Source of the DNA: Macrostomum lignano
Lineage: Eukaryota
Assembly (NCBI GenBank): GCA_002269645.1
Contig: NIVC01002971.1
Location: forward strand, 1-64,000
Length of the DNA stretch: 64,000 nucleotides
Direction of reading: 5' to 3'
Every line of letters starts with the position of its first letter. Position 1 is the stretch's first letter. Under the pieces are notes generated by a model. The model was not told the origin of the DNA, ran no database searches, and saw only the letters and a list, made by a program, of their open reading frames with translations. This document shows, piece after piece, positions 13,324 to 25,100 of the stretch. The position numbers and the translations under genes are program-made.

Positions 13324-14490
13324 TCAGAAGCGGCCAGGTATGTTAGCCTGGTTGCTCATCGGCAGAGGATCTGTTGGCGCGGAACGACCAGTGCCGCTAC
13401 CGCGGTGCTTGCAACGCTCTAGTCGGAACAGAGCCACAAATCTCCGTCGGTAACTCGGGCTCTTCCACAGCAGAAGCAGCCAGTTACCGCTCTGGTTGAA
13501 GATGACGAGCGCCTCGCTCAGCTGCGAGATGTTTAGCAGAGCGCGAAGGAGCTGAGCATCCGCCTCTGTCCTGTGCTGACCAATGATCTGCCCTGATAGA
13601 ATGGTGAGCACACTGGGCAGAGAGCACACAGTGAGCAGGACTGACATGGCGACGCACACGATCGTGTTGGTCATCTTGTCTCTCTCGTCAGCAGCTGTCG
13701 TGAGCGACGACGAGAGCTGACGGTGTTGACGCAGGATGACTACCAGCTTGCAGGCGAGGTAGCAGTTCGTGAGCAGCACACAGAATACCGGAAGAGTCGG
13801 TGGGTTCAGGAACAGGGGCATGTACACACTCAATAGTACTTTGGCAAAGCCTTCGATGTGTGAATTAACCATGCAGACAATTAGTCGTGGGGCATTGGGC
13901 GTGAACTGAAGCTCATACCAGCTGTAGACAGCTAGGCAGACGGAGCTCAGGGCAAAGGAAGCCGCTACAGCGACGCCGCAAACTCGCCAGGCCGTGCGAT
14001 GCGAGACCGTCTGGAAGCGGAATGGCATGGCCAGACACAGAGCTCGGTCCAGCACCATCGCCAGGAAGATGCACATCGACTGTAGGCCGAGCCACTTATC
14101 AGCGAATCGGTATACAGTGCACAGAGTGGGTGAGTAGTTAGTTACAATGAAGCCAAACTGACCACCGCTGATCCAAGGCAGGCCGCGGCGAAGAAACTGG
14201 CTCAGTACGCCACCCACGAGCAGGTAGGCGCTGTCGGCGATCGCCATGGCGCCCAGGTAGACGTTGAGTCTGGTGCGCTCGGCTCCGCGACCCAGCGTGA
14301 CCCACACGGTGGCGCAGTTACCGAACAGACCGGACACCGTCACCAGAGGCAGCAGGAGGCCCGTCACAACTCCGTAGGCTGTGCTGATCGGACAGAAGAT
14401 GTGCCGGTTGGGCGCATCGGGGAGGCAGTCGACGATGGCGCTGCTCAGGCTGGCGTAGAAGCTCGTTTCTGGGGCGGAGGAGTTGGCCAT
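13324..14490 (-). CDS. Intronless rhodopsin-class (class A) orphan GPCR, peptide-receptor-like/PROF-like, copy 1 (intact, 388 aa)
   Basis: Seven hydrophobic segments; TM1 GLFGN, TM2 YLGAMAIAD, TM3 Cys and LDRALC..PF (DRY variant), TM6 CSLP, TM7 NQSGNWLLL followed by SPSYRRRF (helix 8). Confidence 0.88.
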   Translation of the reverse strand: MANSSAPETSFYASLSSAIVDCLPDAPNRHIFCPISTAYGVVTGLLLPLVTVSGLFGNCATVWVTLGRGAERTRLNVYLGAMAIADSAYLLVGGVLSQFLRRGLPWISGGQFGFIVTNYSPTLCTVYRFADKWLGLQSMCIFLAMVLDRALCLAMPFRFQTVSHRTAWRVCGVAVAASFALSSVCLAVYSWYELQFTPNAPRLIVCMVNSHIEGFAKVLLSVYMPLFLNPPTLPVFCVLLTNCYLACKLVVILRQHRQLSSSLTTAADERDKMTNTIVCVAMSVLLTVCSLPSVLTILSGQIIGQHRTEADAQLLRALLNISQLSEALVIFNQSGNWLLLLWKSPSYRRRFVALFRLERCKHRGSGTGRSAPTDPLPMSNQANIPGRF

Positions 14491-15199
14491 GTCTTGCTCA
14501 AAGCGTCTGAGATGCTGCTCTTGATTGTCGTGAGGCGGCCCGTATATTTATGCTTTTTTCTATTCGGCCGCCTCTGCAAAATTTAATCTGGGCTTAAGTC
14601 TTTTGAAAAAGCTGGGTTGACAATTTACGAGTATTGCTTTGCTGCCTTTGATGGTAATTTAATAGTTACTCAGTTGCCTTTTGTTGAGCATTAACTTTCT
14701 TGATATATCCAAAGCGTGACGACTAGTACTGCAACGACATCAACTGCTGCACAGAAACGTTTGGGTAATCAGTAACAAGATCCAAATGGAGACGCCTCCA
14801 AGTGCCCAGGTAGGCACTTCATAATTGACACTTGGATGCAGCTAAATTGATTCTAATAACTAGGAGGGTGTTTATGTATCGAATCATTGCTGCTGGTTAG
14901 CTGTTGTTATTTCGGAAGCTGTTGGGAATTTCGATTATGATTCGCAGATAGCGTCTATGCGCTTGTGTAGTCAGGAAGCAGTTTATCTAAGTTGAAGGGC
15001 CGGTTCCCGATTTCCGCTACATTTCACTCTTTGAAGTCATTCCTGTAGTAGACTGAGGAACCTTCTACCATTCGAAGGCGTCGCTGTTCTATACGATGCT
15101 TGAGATTTTGCAGCTCACCGATGAACTGATGGATTCACTCAATCAGCGAGTTAATGCAAATACGCTCGTAAGTCGATATAGGTTTTACTTATGCTCAGG

Positions 15200-18100
15200 A
15201 CCGAATGATATTTAAAACGTATATTTTCTGGCACTGTGCGGTTTTTCTGCAGTCACTCTGCTTGGGCGTCCAAAGAATTCGATGGTGAGATGTTTACTGG
15301 CATTGAGGAAGCCATCATGTCGTACTTGAAACCAAAGTTGCGTATCATACTGGCCAAGCGCAACAAGTTTTGCTCTTTTGGAGTGAGACAGCATGAGAAC
15401 GAGATACTGCCCGATTTCCTGACGAGGCTGAGGAAAGCTGCTCGCCACTGTTAATTTGATTCCCTAGATAAAAGCTCAAAGCCCAGAGATTGAAATGGTT
15501 AACCTCGCATTTGCCCACGGACGCAACACGGAGTTCTCAAAGCGATGCAGGCAGAAGAACTCAGTATCGCGGATATTGTTGTCCTGACAAGGCGAATCGA
15601 GCAAGTAGAGGACTTCGTTGCGGGTAGGCTTCGTTGCTGGCGTCCTGTCTACGGCCACTTCCTTCAAACACTGCTTGTGAGTCGCATACTCAGATCTTCC
15701 GCGGAAATTACAAGCGCCAAAATTAGCATCAGTGTTGTCGCTACTATAAAAAGAGCCATGTCGCTAGAAAATGTCCAGCCTTGGTACAGCGGTGCAGCAA
15801 ATGCAGAAAGCTCAACCACTTTGCCTCCGTATAACGCTCTACCTGTTCAAGCCTGCGCACAATATGGAAGTAACGACAATAGCACTGAGGTTTTGCACCT
15901 GTCCAACGTAGAAGTAATTCACTCGGTAGAAGCCAGCTTGGAAACATTTGCTGCTTGACACAGGCGCCTCTGTACGTCAACATCATCTCACTCGCCCAGG
16001 CGTCCAACGCTAAAGTTTTGCTACCGCCGCCTCTATGGCGGTACGCTACTGTCGTGGTCTGCGTCCCACAGACCTGAATGCTCTTCGTTCGACAAAATCT
16101 TTTGGATTTCTGGTAGAGATCTGTTGGAATCTGACCACCAGCTTTTCAGTGTAACCACAGCCAGCGACAGCCTACAGCCTACCAGTGAAGGCTCCAGTGA
16201 AGTACTTATGGTTGCCTCGTGGTTGTCTCGAGGTGGCCTGGTAGGTCTTAAGTCTCGAGCCTCTTCTTCTGGGAGCCTTCTTAGTAGCTCTTAGTAGCGT
16301 AGGTAGTGGACTAGTGGTGCCACCAGTCCGTCTGGTCTCGGCCTTCGGTGAGGTGAGCTTCTGTCGGGACGAAATAATTAAGACGAGCGAACACAGCACC
16401 GTGTGCAGATTTGCAGCTTGACAGGGCATCTTGTCAGCAGATCCTGCCGGGCTTAAGGGGTGGATGGGAAGGCTGTGTTAGCCTCTCGTAGACTTGGTGT
16501 TGGCTTCAGAAGGGTCACAGTCAGACCAATAACAAAGACTTGATAGCACACAACGGGTTCAAGACTGTTAACTGACAGGCGAAACAATCCTTGACGGAAA
16601 CAAGGGTGAGGGGTCCGTATTTATAGCCTGAGAATCCCTTTGTGCGCGAGACCTCGTGTCTTGTGACTCGTTCTATTTTTAGAACTGAATTTTTAGTATA
16701 GGGAAAGTCACTTCCCGCCCGAGGAGACAGGGGTCTCCGGGCAAAGTGCACAGGGCCGCGTGACTCAGTGTCTATTTTTAGAAATATGAGTCACGGTTTA
16801 CCTTAGAGAGCGTAAGGGCCCTGGGGCACGTGATTCCTCAGTAAACACAGACCAGTGAGTGCAGTAAACATGTTTACTGCACTTTACGACTTTAGAAAAC
16901 AGGTCACCAGCGTGACCTCAGTACTGGAGCAAAACAAGAGCAGACCACAGCAGAGAAGCATGTGGCTGCAAACAGGAGCGCAGAAAACGGGGCAGAGGAC
17001 AAGCAGCAAACGGGGAATGGACAGCAAACAGGCAGACAGAGGGGAGGCGGCAGGGTGCCTAGCGGCAGACAGCAAACCCAGGGCGATGGCGAGGGCGAGG
17101 GCGAAGGAAACTTCTGACAAGAGGGATGACGCCTAACACTAAACTAGCGGCTCACTTCACTAGCAATGATCAAGGACGTCAATGCCACGATTGAGCTCAT
17201 CGAAGATGCCACTGCGATGTTCTGTCGCGCGCGTAATGTACCTATAGCTCTTGAACCTGCTGCCAACGCCGAGTTTTTACAGGTTGCAGAAGCTGGGAGT
17301 GATCGAGCTAGTAGATAGCCCGCTGAGCAATTCGTCACCTGTGGTTCGAATAAAGAAGCCGAAACTGTAAGGATGTGTGCTGACTACAGTGTGCATGTGA
17401 ATGCTAAAATACGTTCTGAGGATTAACCAATCCTCATTGGTTAATTAGGATGAAGATGAGCGTAGAATGCCTACTAGAAAGGATCAAGAACGCGAGGAGG
17501 TTAGCCGGGGTTGACCTGCGATCCGCCTACCGGCAGATGGTGTTGAACAAAAGCTGCCTAGGATCTATCAGTAATTTTAATGTCAAAGGGTCTGTTGTTT
17601 GCATAAATAACTGCAGATAAGGATGAAAATGCCTAATTCCTTTTGGAAAGCATTCTATCTGACTTACAATGGGTTTTTATTTATCAACAAGATGTCCTGG
17701 TCTTTACCGAATATTCAGAGTCGCTGCTAAAAAGACTCTCTCATTAAGCCAAACTTGTGGAGAATCATGTCGCCATCAAAGACAGCAAGTGCGTAGAAGA
17801 GACGGACATAGTCTCTTTCCTAGGCTTCAAAATCCCATCTGACGGCATCCAGCCAGACGATAGACTTGTGGACAAGATCTGCAACATCGCCACACCCAGG
17901 AATGAGAAACAAATAGAGAACTTGATCTGACTCGTGAAATGTTTTGGTCATCCGAATTTCTAAAGAAAGGCAAAACTTTTTAACGACTTGCGGCATTCCA
18001 ATGTACCTTTCTCGTGATTCACAAGCTGAAAATCTGCTTTTCGTGCTCTGAAGAAGAAAAAATCGCGTCACAGTCGGTCGTCCAGACAAACACTTTTGAG

Positions 18101-18650
18101 AAAGAGGTCACCCTCACGACGGACGCATCCAAAGGCGCCCTTTTCCGGCGGATTCACTTAAGAGTTCACTCGGTCATCTTCATCACCAGAAGTCTCTTCA
18201 AGGCCAAAGTAAATTATTGGAAGAAAGGCGGAGTTCCGCTTACTAAGGGCGATTCTAAAGGAGGCGCTTAGGGGCGAACATCCACGCGTATCTCCCGATG
18301 GGCATCTGCAATAATGTAATATGACCACATAGGTACTTACATCCTAGGAAAAGACACCCCCACGTGGACGCGTTAATTGTCGCGGTTGCGTTTCACATAC
18401 TCGTCCGTTGATGCAGAAAAGTGCGCAGTGCAATCATCAACTGTGTGGCGTTTGAAGCACCAGTTATTCCGTTGGAGATTGAGCTGAGCGCCGACCTACA
18501 GTACATGTATTCATTTCAAACTTTAGTCGTCTCGCCAGTTCAGGCGATTGGAGACGATTCTCACAGGTGGAGAAGCCATTATGGCATGTTTTGGAGATGC
18601 TCACGGTAGAGAACGGTCTACTATTCAAAAGCCGCTAGGTTTTGATCCAA
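15200..18650 (+). mobile_element. Decayed Ty3/Gypsy internal region (gag-pol with many stops and frameshifts)
   Basis: Remnants in order: gag (RQHENE..DFLTRLRKAARHC), protease LDTGAS (~15958) and GRDLL (~16110), RT (SPVVRIKK, RMCADY, VDLRSAYRQM, SFLGFKI..DGIQPD), RNase H (VTLTTDASKGA). Confidence 0.8.
16151..17137 (-). mobile_element. LTR-like insertion (TG...CA ends) interrupting the decayed Gypsy between protease and RT
   Basis: Gypsy coding remnant stops at ...TTTTCAG (16150) and resumes near 17140. The insert begins TGTAAC, ends CTAACA, and carries a - strand TATAAATA. No matching TSD found. Confidence 0.5.
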
Positions 18651-19452
18651 CAGTAGTGAGGCCTTTAGCGTGGCTCACAGCACTAATTAGGGCTATTTCG
18701 CTACTTTCGCTATTTCGCTAGGGCGAATTATCGGGTCTGTGGGGAGATCATTGCGGTGTGAAGGGCACATGTTTAAATCCGAGTGAGTCCAAAATTATTT
18801 GAGTTACACACTGCCAGTCTTACTCGGGGAGGCAATAAACGAAAAAAATAATACTCGGTACTATAAAATGATGAAAGACCAACACAATCAAAATATGATG
18901 CCGGGGCAAAAATTGTGCTAAAAATTACTGGTAATTTCGGGTATGCATTCTAGCTGGTGCGAAAGCAGGTGATATTGAAAAATAAAGTCCAGATGTCGCG
19001 TTCAATTTACTTACAATGCTGTTTTGTTGTACCGAGGTTCAAACAGTTACTGAAGAGTTCGGCTGTAATCTAAAGAGTAGGTGTAGTACACGGGTTTTTA
19101 AAACTGAGGGCGGGAACTGGAGACGACATACTACAGCAATAAGACAGTGGTTATTGGTGAGCTTAATTTTAAAGTTTAGGACGAAACATTTGGGTGATAG
19201 CTACGTGAACAAACACTCATACTACTGAAAAACTACCGTCAAGCTTGAACCAACTATTGCTGTTCATTACAACAAGCATAATGCATTCTTTCTTTTTGAT
19301 GGCCGATTAAACTAGTTCCTTCAGTTTCTGACATAAAATAGAATTCTTGATCGAATAGCCACAACTAATACAGCAAAAGCGACACAACAAGCAAAATGAG
19401 TTCAGGTCAGTGACATTTGACAACGGCTCATCCGATTTTTCCGCAAGTCATT

Positions 19453-20618
19453 TCAGAAGCGGCCAGGTATGTTAGCCTGGTTGCTCATCGGCAGAGGATC
19501 TGTTGGCGCGGAACGACCAGTGCCGCTACCGCGGTGCTTGCAACGCTCCAGTCGGAACAGAGCCACAAATCTCCGTCGGTAACTCGGGCTCTTCCACAGC
19601 AGAAGCAGCCAGTTACCGCTCTGGTTGAAGATGACGAGCGCCTCGCTCAGCTGCGAGATGTTTAGCAGAGCGCGAAGGAGCTGAGCATCCGCCTCTGTCC
19701 TGTGCTGACCAATGATCTGCCCTGATAGAATGGTGAGCACACTGGGCAGAGAGCACACAGTGAGCAGGACTGACATGGCGACGCACACGATCGTGTTGGT
19801 CATCTTGTCTCTCTCGTCAGCAGCTGTCGTGAGCGACGACGAGAGCTGACGGTGTTGACGCAGGATGACTACCAGCTTGCAGGCGAGGTAGCAGTTCGTG
19901 AGCAGCACACAGAATACCGGAAGAGTCGGTGGGTTCAGGAACAGGGGCATGTACACACTCAATAGTACTTTGGCAAAGCCTTCGATGTGTGAATTAACCA
20001 TGCAGACAATTAGTCGTGGGGCATTGGGCGTGAACTGAAGCTCATACCAGCTGTAGACAGCTAGGCAGACGGAGCTCAGGGCAAAGGAAGCCACTACAGC
20101 GACGCCGCAAACTCGCCAGGCCGTGCGATGCGAGACCGTCTGGAAGCGGAATGGCATGGCCAGACACAGAGCTCGGTCCAGCACCATCGCCAGGAAGATG
20201 CACATCGACTGTAGGCCGAGCCACTTATCAGCGAATCGGTATACAGTGCACAGAGTGGGTGAGTAGTTAGTTACAATGAAGCCAAACTGACCACCGCTGA
20301 TCCAAGGCAGGCCGCGGCGAAGAAACTGGCTCAGTACGCCACCCACGAGCAGGTAGGCGCTGTCGGCGATCGCCATGGCGCCCAGGTAGACGTTGAGTCT
20401 GGTGCGCTCGGCTCCGCGACCCAGCGTGACCCACACGGTGGCGCAGTTACCGAACAGACCGGAACCGTCACCAGAGGCAGCAGGAGGCCCGTCACAACTC
20501 CGTAGGCTGTGCTGATCGGACAGAAGATGTGCCGGTTGGGCGCATCGGGGAGGCAGTCGACGATGGCGCTGCTCAGGCTGGCGTAGAAGCTCGTTTCTGG
20601 GGCGGAGGAGTTGGCCAT
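19453..20618 (-). pseudogene. GPCR copy 2, near-identical to copy 1 but with a 1-bp frameshift in TM1 (or an assembly indel)
   Basis: CCGGAACCGTC at ~20460 versus CCGGACACCGTC in copy 1 splits the ORF into 20331-20618 and 19453-20436. Confidence 0.8.
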
Positions 20619-21023
20619 GTCTTGCTCAAAGCGTCTGAGATGCTGCTCTTGATTGTCGTGAGGCGGCCCGTATATTTATGCTTTTTTCCATTCGGCCGCC
20701 TCTGCAAAATTTAATCTGGGCTTAAGTCTTTTGAAAAAGCTGGGTTGACAATTTACGAGTATTGCTTTGCTGCCTTTGATGGTAATTTAATATTTCAGCT
20801 TGTTTTTTTGGTGAGCATCAATTTTTCTGATTAATACAGCCATCAACATGAATTGCACTGCGTTCATCTTCACCCAGCTAGATTTTTTCTGATGTGGTCA
20901 GTAAGCAAGAAAGCTGTTGATTGAATTGAAAACCCATCTTATTATCTAGATGTAACTGCTTTATCCCGAGATTAGCGTTGCCCTGGCGAAAGAGAAAGAT
21001 TGATTTCAGTATCCCTGCCCCGC

Positions 21024-21204
21024 TGTAAGAGGCGTGAATGTTTTCGCTGTTGTGTGGTTGTTATTGGGTCGGAGTTATTCATCTGCAAATAATCGCGATG
21101 TACATTGATTGATGTACATTGCAAATATATAAATCGTTGCGCGTGGCTTTAGCCACTTCGTGTGTTTTTGGTCTCGCTTAACTCTCGCCTTCTCTCAGTT
21201 TACA
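21024..21204 (+). repeat. 5' LTR
   Basis: TGTAAGAGG...AGTTTACA, identical to 25802-25982. Confidence 0.97.
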
Positions 21205-21205
21205 T

Positions 21206-21217
21206 TGGTGGCAGCGG
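21206..21217 (+). promoter_or_regulatory. Primer-binding site complementary to the tRNA-Leu 3' end
   Basis: TGGTGGCAGCGG is the reverse complement of CCGCUGCCA-CCA, the 3' end of eukaryotic tRNA-Leu(AAG/TAG). Confidence 0.8.
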
Positions 21218-21223
21218 CCTCAG

Positions 21224-22084
21224 TTGCAAACCGGCTCACTTATGGCGCACGCAAATGCACTTTTACCGCCAAAGTTTTCTGGCTCAGACGATACTGATAT
21301 CAACATGTGGCTGCAGATGTTTGAGGACTTTGCAGCAGATTCTGAGTGGAACGACACCAAGATGGCATCCAAGATCAAGCTGCTTCTATCAGGTGAAGCC
21401 CTCGTGTTCGTCTGGGACCTGCCAGCGGCCAAACAGAGCAGCTACAAGATCTTAAAGGACGAACTCGTCAAGTTCTACAGAGGCAAGGATAACACTTTTC
21501 GCGCTATGTCTGAGTTCGAGAGCCGGAAGCGACGCCAAGGAGAGTCGCTGAGGGAGCTGTGCTACGCACTCAAGCTTCTGTATCGAAAGGCACGCCCGGA
21601 GCACGCTCAAACGGTGAGAGATTGCGAAGTGCGACACCGACTGCTAGCTCTGCTGCCGACAGAGATCCGTGAGGCTCTGTTGAAAGCTTCGGATTATGAC
21701 AGCAGCAGTCCTGAACAGCTGGCAGACCGCGCCACAGCGCTGGAGAGCATCGGCAGCAAAGGAGCCCCGGCAAGCGTCGCAGTGACATCGGTGAGCAGCC
21801 AAGTGACTGACCGGCTGGAGCAAATGCAAGAGCAGTTGGCGGATCTGGCTGCGACGGTCGCCACCATTGGCAGCCGCGGAGGACAGCGCGGTGGGAGAAG
21901 GAATGCAGCTCGTGGAAGAGGCAGCACCCGTGGAAAATGCTTCAACTGCGCTCAGCCCGGTCATTTCGCTGCTCAGTGTCCAGGCAAGCAAGTCGCTCCA
22001 GCTGTGCCGTCTGTGTGCAGCCGCTGCTCAGGCAGAGGACACCGGGCCGAGGTCTGCCCGACCCCGGCTTCGGGAAACTTCTGA
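21224..22084 (+). CDS. gag: Gag with two CCHC zinc knuckles
   Basis: PKFSG..WL..FE motif, capsid-like region, CFNCAQPGHFAAQC and CSRCSGRGHRAEVC. Confidence 0.93.
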   Translation: MQTGSLMAHANALLPPKFSGSDDTDINMWLQMFEDFAADSEWNDTKMASKIKLLLSGEALVFVWDLPAAKQSSYKILKDELVKFYRGKDNTFRAMSEFESRKRRQGESLRELCYALKLLYRKARPEHAQTVRDCEVRHRLLALLPTEIREALLKASDYDSSSPEQLADRATALESIGSKGAPASVAVTSVSSQVTDRLEQMQEQLADLAATVATIGSRGGQRGGRRNAARGRGSTRGKCFNCAQPGHFAAQCPGKQVAPAVPSVCSRCSGRGHRAEVCPTPASGNF

Positions 22085-22115
22085 GGACTGGTGAGCGCGG
22101 GCCATCACCAGCCCT
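22072..22115 (+). promoter_or_regulatory. -1 ribosomal frameshift signal (G GGA AAC plus downstream hairpin)
   Basis: Slippery heptamer in gag frame at 22072-22078, two codons before the gag stop; 5-nt spacer; stem AGG-A-CTGGTGA / TCACCAG-C-CCT at 22084-22115. Confidence 0.85.
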
Positions 22116-25100
22116 GCCTAGCAAGGCCCAAACCGTCTCAATATTTCTGCCCGGCAGCATTGCTGGCCGGCCCTGCAGGTGGCTGTTCGACACTGGCGCA
22201 CAGGTAACTTTAGTTTCAGCTGCGCTGCTTCGAGTTCTAGGAGTCGATGCTCAGCTTCATCCTCCTATCAGCACTCCGGTCGGAATCGATGGTCGACGCT
22301 TGGAGTCTCCGGCGAGTGCAACGCTAGCGATACAGCTAGAGGGACTGCCATCCGTGGAGCACCAGGTAATGGTGGTTGCCGGGATTCAGCCGGAATGCGT
22401 GCTCGGTATGGACGCCATCGGGAAAATGTGCTCAAGTTTTAGCGTCAATCTCCCGGCGTCTTCCGTCCAGCTGGGGTCAACCAGGATCTCGATCTTGCCG
22501 GACAGGAGCTCCTCGCAGGCCTGCCGAGTGGTGCCCACCGCCGTGATTGCCAGAGTTGCCAGCACCGTGTCCATTCCAGCCCGCAGCCGCGTCATCATCC
22601 CAGTCAAAGTGCCATCGTCTGTCGAGCAGGGTCTATTCGAGCCCAGCTCAGATTTTATTGACAAGACTGGCCTGCTGCCAAACAGGGCTCTGGTGGTCTC
22701 CAGCGTAGACGGAAATCTCCCAGTGGGCGTCTGCAACGTGAGTGCCGACCCGGTGGTGCTCTACCAGAACCAGGCAATCGGCAACTTCGACGCTGCAGAA
22801 GTAAACGGAGCAGACGGTGAACCTGGTGAAGAGGAAGCTGGCTTTAACATCAACCCGGAGCTGAGCGAGTCGCAGCGCGAGCGCATCGAATCCTTGCTGT
22901 GCCAGGCAGAGCAGGCATTCGCCAGGCACGAGTTTGACCTGGGAACAACACACCTGCTGCAACACGAGATTAATCTGGAACCCGGCAGTCGCCCCATCAA
23001 GCATAGGCAACGGACCGTTCCCCTGAATTACCGGCAGCAAGTGGACGAGAAAATTAGCGAGATGCGGCGTCACGGGATTATCGAGCCGTCCTGCAGTCCA
23101 TGGGCGAGTAATCTGCTTGTGGTGCGAAAGAAAAACAACGAGATTCGAATCTGCACCGACTGGAGAGCCCTCAACTCGTGCACCGTGAAGGACGCCTACC
23201 CGCTGCCTCCGCTGTCTGCTGCGCTGGACGCGCTCACTGGAGGCAGTTGGTTCAGCACTCTTGACCTCCGCCAAGGGTTCCTGCAGGTTGAGCTGCGAGA
23301 GCAAGACCGGGAGAAGACCGCTTTCTACACCACGCAGGGCCTGATGCAGTACAGGAAACTCGGGTTCGGCCTCTGCAACGCCCCGGCAACCTTTCAGCGC
23401 CTGATGGACCTAACGATGGCCGGCCTGAACTGGACAGAGGTGCTCACGTACATGGACGATCTGATTCTGTTTAGTCAGACCTTCGAGAAGCATGCGGAAA
23501 CACTGGAACAGGTCCTGGGAAGACTGCAGTCTGCCGGCCTCAAATTGAACAAACGCAAGAGCTACTTCTGCTTCCAGGAGGTTGAGTACCTAGGACACAA
23601 AATCTCGGCAGAAGGCATTCGACCAACTCAGGACAAGGTCAGCGCTATCCAGTCCATCCCGATACCCGAATGCGCTGAGGATGTTCGCCGGCTTGTCGGC
23701 ATGCTGGGCTTCTACCGGCGTTTCGTTCCGCACTTCGCCAGCATCGCTAATCCGCTTCATCAGGCGACTCAGAAGAGTCGACAGTTTCAATGGACAACTC
23801 AGTGCGATGACGCTCTGCGGAAGCTGAAGTCAGCTCTGTCGACACCACCCGTACTGAAGCTGCCTGACTTCTCCAAGGGATTCCGGTTGTGCTGTGACAG
23901 CAGCGGAGTGGCCATCGCCGGCGTCCTGAGCCAGCTCCACGAAGATGCAGAGTGTCCGGTAGCCTACGCGTCGAGAGTCCTGAACAAAGCGGAGCGCAAT
24001 TATTCGACTACCCACAGAGAGCTTCTTGCGGTGGTCTGGGCGATGAAGCATTTCCGGAACTACTTGGCGTCCGCTGGCGAAATTCTCGTCTTCACCGACC
24101 ACAAGCCGTTGCAAGGGCTGCTCAACACCAAGGAGCCAGAAGGCCGGCTAGCCAGATGGATTACGTTTCTGCAGGAGATCAACTTCAAGCTGCTCTTCAG
24201 ACCTGGTCGCGAAAACGTGGTTGCGGACGCACTGAGCCGAGCAGCGGCGACCCGGCTGCACCCTGCCTGGTCGGACAACGACATCCGTGTAGCGCAGGCT
24301 GACGACCCAGTGCTAGCGGCGGCTCGACAAGTGCTCCTCGGACAAAGGCCAAGACGTGGCAAGGCTGCAGATGACGCAGAACACCTGGTGAGGACAGAGA
24401 AGCTGGACCTTGGTGAAGATGGCGTCCTCAAGAAGAGTGGCCAACCCGTCATCCCGCGGCAGCTTCGCCAGGACCTGCTGCAGCTGCTGCACGACGATCC
24501 TGCAAGCGGGCACCTCGGAACCGAAAGGACGCTGGCCAGAGTCGTCAGCAGAGCTTGGTGGCCCGGCCTAAAGGACGACGTCCAGCACTGGGTGAGCAGC
24601 TGCGAAGTGTGTCAGCGTCGCAAGGTACCGCATCAGCACCAGAGGGCACCGCTGCAGATCAACACCGTGCCATCAGCTCCTTGGGAGATGGTGCAGGTGG
24701 ACATCAAAGGGCCCCTCCCAGAGACTGAAGCCGGCCTCAGGTACATCATCTGCTTCACGGACGTGTTTTCCAAGTGGGTTGAGGCGACCGCGGTGTCCAA
24801 CATTGAGGCCCGGACGGTTTCGGATGCGCTGCTAAGGAGTGTCGTTCTTCGCCACGGAGCGCCCGAAGTCATCCACTCCGATCAGGGTCGTCAGTTTGAA
24901 AGTGACATCTTCCAAGAGCTGTGCCGCCTGCTGGATATTCGCAAGACAAGAACGACACCCTTCCATCCCAGCGGCAACCCTGCAGTCGAGCGGTTCAACC
25001 GAACATTAGGCGACATGCTGGCGGCGTACTGCATGGAACAGCAGAACAAATGGGCGGACTTCCTGCCGTACGTCATCTGGGCCTACAACTCTTCAGCGCA

